From NCBI GenBank assembly GCA_963667845.2, contig CAXXVL010000002.1, forward strand, positions 1,184,001 to 1,248,000: 64,000 nucleotides of DNA, written 5' to 3'. Numbering within the stretch: the stretch's first letter is position 1; every line of letters starts with the position of its first letter. Under the pieces are notes generated by a model, which ran no database searches, was not told where the DNA came from, and saw only the letters and a list, made by a program, of their open reading frames with translations. The position numbers and the translations under genes were made by a program. Shown here in pieces: positions 58,592 through 64,000 of the stretch. Source of the DNA: Smithellaceae bacterium (GTDB taxonomy: Bacteria; Desulfobacterota; Syntrophia; Syntrophales; Smithellaceae).

Positions 58592-59809
58592 ATGAACGAT
58601 GAAAAATTATATATTGTCCTGATGGGATTGCCGGCCCGGGGAAAATCCACGCTGGCCGTGCGCTTGCGCGATGCGTTCCGTAAAGATCACATTGCCACAC
58701 GCATATTCAACAACGGCAATCTGCGCCGGATTTACCGACCGCTCGCGGAAACATCGTGCGCCGAGTTTTATTCTCCGAATAATCCGGCCGCCGTGGCGCT
58801 CAGAAAACAATTCGCTCGAATGAACATGGAAAGAGCCCGGGTCTATTTGCGCAATTCCGGACAGGTCGCCATTCTGGACGCGACCAATGCAGGGCGTGAC
58901 CGCCGGCAGATGCTGGAAGACTATCTCAATGACTATCCGCTCCTCTTCATCGAATGCGTGAATGACGACGAGGACATTCTGTCGCTCAGCATCCTGGAAA
59001 AAACAAAACTGCCGGAGTTTAGCCAGATGGATTGCGAAAAAGCCAAGGCTGAGTTTTTGAAGAGGATAGATCACTACAAGATGATCTACGTCCCTTTGAA
59101 GGTTGAAAGAAATTATGTCCGCCTCGATTCGCTGCAGAACAAAATCATCGATGAAAAGCATACGGATTCAATTTCTCTGTTTGCCCGCCTGCGGGATTAT
59201 CTGGTGACCGATGAAGTCAGGAATCTCTTTTTGATCCGGCACACGCAAACGGCATTCAACCTGGAAAACCGCATCGGCGGCGACCCCGGTCTGACCGCCC
59301 TGGGCAAAGAGCAAGCGCTGGCGCTCGGGCAGTTTTTTTTCGGAAAGAAGATTTCGTATATCTTCACCAGCAGTAAAGTGAGAACGAAAAAAACGGCGGA
59401 AGCCATAGCAAGGATGCAGGACGGATGCCGGATCATAGCCCTCAAAGAGTTTGATGAAATCAGCGCCGGCGTCTGTGAAGGCATGACCTATGCCGAGATC
59501 GAACAGAAAATGCCGCAGGTGTTCCGTCAGCGCGAAGCTCATAAATACTCTTATGCGTATCCGGAAGGCGAAAGCTATGCGGCGATGAAGCCGCGAATCG
59601 AAGCAGGCATCAAGAAATCATTCTTTCTCAACCGGCGCTCGGACAACATTATGATCGTCGGACATCAGGCGGTGAACCGTCTGATCCTGTCTCACTTTCT
59701 TTACCGGCGCGACGTCGATGTCCCCTATATTTATATTCCGCAGGATCGATTTTATCACATCGTCTCGACGCAGAATAAGAAGCTATTTGAACTCAAACGC
59801 TATGACTGA
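58592..59809 (+). CDS. Bifunctional 6-phosphofructo-2-kinase/fructose-2,6-bisphosphatase-like protein
   Basis: MGLPARGKS, FNNGNLRR, ILDATN..RR, LIRH, EISAGVCEG, YPEGESY, HQAV. Confidence 0.88.
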   Translation: MNDEKLYIVLMGLPARGKSTLAVRLRDAFRKDHIATRIFNNGNLRRIYRPLAETSCAEFYSPNNPAAVALRKQFARMNMERARVYLRNSGQVAILDATNAGRDRRQMLEDYLNDYPLLFIECVNDDEDILSLSILEKTKLPEFSQMDCEKAKAEFLKRIDHYKMIYVPLKVERNYVRLDSLQNKIIDEKHTDSISLFARLRDYLVTDEVRNLFLIRHTQTAFNLENRIGGDPGLTALGKEQALALGQFFFGKKISYIFTSSKVRTKKTAEAIARMQDGCRIIALKEFDEISAGVCEGMTYAEIEQKMPQVFRQREAHKYSYAYPEGESYAAMKPRIEAGIKKSFFLNRRSDNIMIVGHQAVNRLILSHFLYRRDVDVPYIYIPQDRFYHIVSTQNKKLFELKRYD

Positions 59810-60008
59810 CGGCTGAGCGTGATAGGCTGTAGGCTTTTAGCCCGTTAGGACAAAAGGATGGGCGCTGAGCGCCCCACAAACGAACCTAATAGTCTGCAGT
59901 CTAACAGGCTTGCTTTTCTCCTTGCGCTCGGTCTGTGTTCGCCCTATACTCGTTCAAAAAAAGAACCATCTGATTCCGATGAAAGGCTTTCTAGTATTTG
60001 GAGGCAGT

Positions 60009-60452
60009 ATGAAAAAGATGTTCATCTTCGCGGTTGCATTTTTTATTCTGTTTGCTTTTTCCGGTTTATTGCAGGCGGCGGATCAATCCATCGTCGGTGT
60101 CTGGTCGCTACCCATCCTGAAAGGAAAAGACAAAGGCAAGGAAAGGTTGCACGTCGAAATATTTGAAAAAGGCGGAATCTACTACGGCAAGATTGTAAAG
60201 CTTGTGACGGCGCCCGCCAACAGTCTGTGCACAAAATGCAAGAAAGACAGGCAAGACAAGCCCCTGATGGGCATGCTGATTCTCTGGGATCTCAAGAAGG
60301 AAGCGGGCCGGTATGCTGAGGGGAAGATTTACGAAGTGGAAGAGGGCACTGAATACAAATGTTCGATTGCGCAAGTTTCTCCGGAGAAACTGAAAGTGAC
60401 GGCCTGTTTACTTTTCCTGTGCGAGAGCCATTACTGGACGAGAGTGAAATAA
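60009..60452 (+). CDS. DUF2147 family exported protein
   Basis: Signal peptide, GVW, YYGKIV, CTKC, PLMGM, GKIY..YKC. Confidence 0.82.
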   Translation: MKKMFIFAVAFFILFAFSGLLQAADQSIVGVWSLPILKGKDKGKERLHVEIFEKGGIYYGKIVKLVTAPANSLCTKCKKDRQDKPLMGMLILWDLKKEAGRYAEGKIYEVEEGTEYKCSIAQVSPEKLKVTACLLFLCESHYWTRVK

Positions 60453-60473
60453 GAAAATTTCAGAGTCTGTTCT

Positions 60474-60833
60474 TTATGTTTTAACCCACCTGGTTGCGGC
60501 CAAGGATGTCAAATTGGCGATGGTTCCCAGGATTCGACGCTGTTCCGGCAAGAGATTTTTAAAACCCAGTTGAATGCCGATGACGCCGATCGTTTCCTCC
60601 TGTGTTTTGATCGGGAAATAGAAAAACGGGATGCTGGGCAGAGTTTCCGTGCCCGAGCCGGCAACGGTGCCGTGGGTGACGCTCCAGTTGGCGACGGCCA
60701 TGTCGTTTGCGGTGATATCCGCAGCCGGATCACTTTTGGCCCAGATCATCGGGGCATCGTATAATGTCGCGGAGGTTTTGCCGACACCCGGGTATAGCCG
60801 AGAAATATTTTTAATCTTCCGGCTTGATATCAT
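60474..60833 (-). CDS. Stand-alone KdpD-type GAF domain (possibly a fragment)
   Basis: VANW..AGSGTETLP..YFPIKT..IGVIGI..EQRRIL resembles the KdpD GAF. Confidence 0.6.
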   Translation of the reverse strand: MISSRKIKNISRLYPGVGKTSATLYDAPMIWAKSDPAADITANDMAVANWSVTHGTVAGSGTETLPSIPFFYFPIKTQEETIGVIGIQLGFKNLLPEQRRILGTIANLTSLAATRWVKT

Positions 60834-60872
60834 CCCTTGTTACTTTTATTAAGAGAGCGTCGGGATCGGGTT

Positions 60873-62597
60873 TTAAGTCTTTTTCTTCCCTAGAGAGTTA
60901 CTTTTCCCTCCATTGACCGCTGATTGTTCCCATTCCTTAATGGCGGCATAAACCTGATGCGGGTCTTCGGCCATTTCCATGCTTTTTAAGAAATACCTGT
61001 TCTGGAATGTACGGGCGGCGACCGCCAGGAGCTGCAACTGAACTTCCGGCGTCGAAAGTGGGGAAAGACTTAAGAAAATATATTTGATCGGTTTTTCCGC
61101 AACGACATCGCCGATCCCCATTCTCGTCAAACCGAGTGCAGCAAGAGGTCTGTCTAATCCTTCAACTCGCGCATGGGGAAAGGCGACACCTTCGCTGTAG
61201 AAAGTGGAACCCTGCGCTTCCCTTTCCTTGACGGCAACTAATCCGGTCGCAAAATCGCAGGCCCGACTTTTAGCGCAGGCTGCTTTGACCAGTTTTTCGA
61301 GGACTAAAGCCGTATCTATGGGTTTGTCCCAGATAATAATCTCCGATTCACCGAGCAGGGAACTAAGCGTTGTATTTGGCGCCTGCACCGGCAACCCCTG
61401 GGAAGGAATCTGCACTTCCTCTTGCGATTCATTTTCAAAAAGACGGCGAGCCCCGGCAGCGTCTCTTTCCTGAGGCTTTGTGTCCAGTACGACGATCGTC
61501 ACTCCTCTGGCTTGTTCCATAAGATGTTCAGGGATGCTTTTCTTGCCCATAATCCTTTTCCAGATGGGGATGCGCGCAGGAGAACCGGTCACGATATGGC
61601 CGACCTGATATTCCCGGGCAAAACGCAGGATCGTGCCGGCAATATCTTCTCCCCTGTAAGTAAAGACCATAGCGCCCAGCTCCTTCGCCAGAGTCAGGAC
61701 ACCCGACAGCATCCGCTGTGTCCGGCTGTCGATCACGGTAGCCTCTTCGGAAGGGGTTTGAACATAAACGGCATACCAATTGCGGTTGAGCTTTCCGGCC
61801 AGTCGTGAAGCGTACCTGAGCAGCGTTTTGCTGTTGGGACCCCGCGAGCTGAGACAGACCATGATCTGATCCGGCACGATCGTGCCGTCTTCCGGTAGTG
61901 TATCGTGCCGTCTCAGATCGATCTGTGAGGCCATTTCCCGCAGCGTCAGCTCCCGCAGGTTTCCCAGATTGGGGGCCTTGAAAAAATTTCCCATAGCCGT
62001 CCCGACGCGCTCTGCCGGATAAATCTTCCCTGCCTTTAATCGTTCCTGAAGATCCTCCGGAGTTACGTCCACATTCACAATCTGATCCGCCTCAGCCAGA
62101 ATACTATCGGGCAAACGCTCCCGGACCTTAACCCCCACCGATTTTTCCACGGTGTTGTAGAGACTTTCCAGATGCTGGACATTCAGCGTTGTAATGACGT
62201 GGATGCCGGCGGCCAGGAGATCCTGGACATCTTCATAACGCTTTGCATTTTTGCTGCCGGGTACATTGGAATGAGCCAGCTCGTCAACCAGGACTACCTG
62301 CGGCTTACGGCGTAAGACGGCCTGCACGTCCATTTCTTCCAGGATGATGCCCCGATGCTGTTGCAGGAATTTGGGGATAACCTCCAGACCTTCGACAAGT
62401 TCTGCCGTCTCTGCCCGGCCATGGGTTTCCACGATGCCCACGACCACGTCGACGCCCTCCTGCTTGAGCCTTTTCGCCTCCAGCAGCATCTGGTAAGTCT
62501 TGCCGACACCCGCCGCATAACCTAAGTAAACCTTCAGGTGTCCCCGTTGGGAACGGCGGATCATGCGCAGGAAGGTATCGGCTCTTTCATCCGTCAT
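60873..62597 (-). CDS. kdpD: Cytoplasmic KdpD sensor domain + USP + PTS EIIA fusion
   Basis: GYAAGVGKTYQML, VDELAHSN..KR, TTLNVQHLESL, USP domain, C-terminal EREAQGST..GVAFPHAR. Confidence 0.85.
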   Translation of the reverse strand: MTDERADTFLRMIRRSQRGHLKVYLGYAAGVGKTYQMLLEAKRLKQEGVDVVVGIVETHGRAETAELVEGLEVIPKFLQQHRGIILEEMDVQAVLRRKPQVVLVDELAHSNVPGSKNAKRYEDVQDLLAAGIHVITTLNVQHLESLYNTVEKSVGVKVRERLPDSILAEADQIVNVDVTPEDLQERLKAGKIYPAERVGTAMGNFFKAPNLGNLRELTLREMASQIDLRRHDTLPEDGTIVPDQIMVCLSSRGPNSKTLLRYASRLAGKLNRNWYAVYVQTPSEEATVIDSRTQRMLSGVLTLAKELGAMVFTYRGEDIAGTILRFAREYQVGHIVTGSPARIPIWKRIMGKKSIPEHLMEQARGVTIVVLDTKPQERDAAGARRLFENESQEEVQIPSQGLPVQAPNTTLSSLLGESEIIIWDKPIDTALVLEKLVKAACAKSRACDFATGLVAVKEREAQGSTFYSEGVAFPHARVEGLDRPLAALGLTRMGIGDVVAEKPIKYIFLSLSPLSTPEVQLQLLAVAARTFQNRYFLKSMEMAEDPHQVYAAIKEWEQSAVNGGKSNSLGKKKT

Positions 62598-62662
62598 AAC
62601 GATTCACCTTGCCAAAAAAAATTCAGTCTCCGTTAAACCTTCTCATCATACGAAGGACACAC

Positions 62663-64000
62663 TTATCCTGCTTGACGGGTTTCGGTCAAATCGTCCGCTC
62701 TTTTCAGGGTAAAGGAAAAGGTGGTTCCTTTACCTTCCTCGCTTTCCACGTTGATGCTTCCCCCGTGGGCCTCCACGATTTGCTTGGCGATAGTCAGGCC
62801 CAGCCCGGCGCCGGTTTCCGATTTTTGATCGGGCACCCGGAAAAATTGTTCAAATATCCTTTGCATAAACTGATGGGGAATGCCGCTCCCGGTGTCGGTG
62901 ACGGAAAAACGGACCATCTGCTCCTCCGGAATTGCCGAGATCGTGATGCTCCCGCCGGGCGCCGTAAACCGGAGCGCATTGGACAGCAAATTGGAAAAAA
63001 CATGGCTGATTTGAGTCGTGTCTGCACAGACCTTCGGCAGATCATCAGAGAGCTGCATCTTCAATTCAATCCCTCCGTCCTGAGCGGTCCGCCGGAAGGG
63101 TTCCACGGCATCCAGAACCAGGGATTGAGTGTAAATCTCCTGACAATCCATTTGGAGCCGGCCCGATTCGATCCGGCTGATATCCAGCAGACTCTGAAGG
63201 ATTTGATGGAGGCGGTCGCTGTCTTCCCTGGCGGCTAAAAGGAGTTCCGTCTGTTTTTCTGTAAGGGCGCCCACTTTTTCTTCCAACAGCAGATGAATGG
63301 CCATGCGGATCGATGTCAGAGGGGTTTTCAACTCATGAGATACCGTGGCAATCACGCCCCGCTTCATTTCGTCTACGTGACGCTGTTCGGTCACATCTTT
63401 CATAATCAAAAGGACGCCAGTCGGGTGGCCGTCACGATCGGTCATCGGCGCTGCAGTCGCGCGAAAATAACGCTCCTCACCGTTTACAAAAAGCTGGATT
63501 AAATTTTCTTCTTCAAGATTTTCTAACGCGGCTTGATCGATAAATTTATGGAAAAGACGGCTCAGCTGCCCAATGGGGACATCTTGAACCAATGCGCCTG
63601 CCGTGAGGCCGAAGAGCTTTTTTGCCGCTTGGGTTGATATCTCCACTTTTCCATCAAGATCGGCAATGGCTGCGGCATCCGGCAGCCTGCTGAAGGTTTC
63701 TTTGGCGGCTTCCTCGGTGCGCGCAAGCTTGGCCTGATCACTGCGGCGAAAAGCGCGAAGACTCAACGCCATATCGTTGAAGGCCTCCGAAAGACGGCCT
63801 ATTTCATCCCGGGAATCAACTTTGACAACAAGATCAAGATTCCCGTCGCGGATGGCCTCCGCAGAAAGGATCAGGCGGCGAATAGGATTCAGAATCCACT
63901 TTCCAACAAGGATAATAAAGGCGACGGCGACCAGGATGCCACACAGGACGAAGAGCGACATTCTCTTTTGAGCCGCCGCAGCGTTTTTTCTGGCCCGGTC
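62663..64000 (-). CDS. Membrane sensor histidine kinase (TM-HAMP-PAS-HisKA-HATPase), 5'-truncated by window edge
   Basis: [36 protein letters not shown]; frame is open to the window end. Confidence 0.9.
   Translation of the reverse strand, partial: DRARKNAAAAQKRMSLFVLCGILVAVAFIILVGKWILNPIRRLILSAEAIRDGNLDLVVKVDSRDEIGRLSEAFNDMALSLRAFRRSDQAKLARTEEAAKETFSRLPDAAAIADLDGKVEISTQAAKKLFGLTAGALVQDVPIGQLSRLFHKFIDQAALENLEEENLIQLFVNGEERYFRATAAPMTDRDGHPTGVLLIMKDVTEQRHVDEMKRGVIATVSHELKTPLTSIRMAIHLLLEEKVGALTEKQTELLLAAREDSDRLHQILQSLLDISRIESGRLQMDCQEIYTQSLVLDAVEPFRRTAQDGGIELKMQLSDDLPKVCADTTQISHVFSNLLSNALRFTAPGGSITISAIPEEQMVRFSVTDTGSGIPHQFMQRIFEQFFRVPDQKSETGAGLGLTIAKQIVEAHGGSINVESEEGKGTTFSFTLKRADDLTETRQAG

Overview
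Chromosomal, mostly housekeeping and metabolic window from an anaerobic bacterium. Gene content (AbfD-like dehydratase, several acyl-CoA ligases, Desulfovibrio-type bacterioferritin, PFK-2/FBPase-2) suggests Syntrophales/Smithella-like Desulfobacterota; this is an inference. Core loci are mdh (partial), pgpA-cinA-thpR-recA-recX-alaS, mobB, moeA, uup, mutY, prpE-like synthetase, lepB and gap-pgk-tpiA. Accessory signals: (1) a ~100-bp three-hairpin intergenic element in four dispersed copies; (2) a divergent S/Se-trafficking operon (yedF to rhodanese) back-to-back with a radical-SAM/glycosyltransferase operon that lacks ArsM and has a GT2-DUF3047 fusion; (3) an RsbRSTX stressosome whose output is an RsbU_N-histidine kinase; (4) a split KdpD system with a fused PTS EIIA domain; (5) an unannotated L7Ae-fold protein; (6) a frameshifted pyruvate kinase remnant next to gap, near a eukaryote-like PFK-2/FBPase-2; (7) families of 7-8-nt degenerate intergenic repeats; (8) a perfect GAAC-N4-GTTC palindrome upstream of the recA operon. 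I saw no rRNA, tRNA, CRISPR array, transposase or integrase. Family names and accessions come from motif recognition by eye, not database searches.
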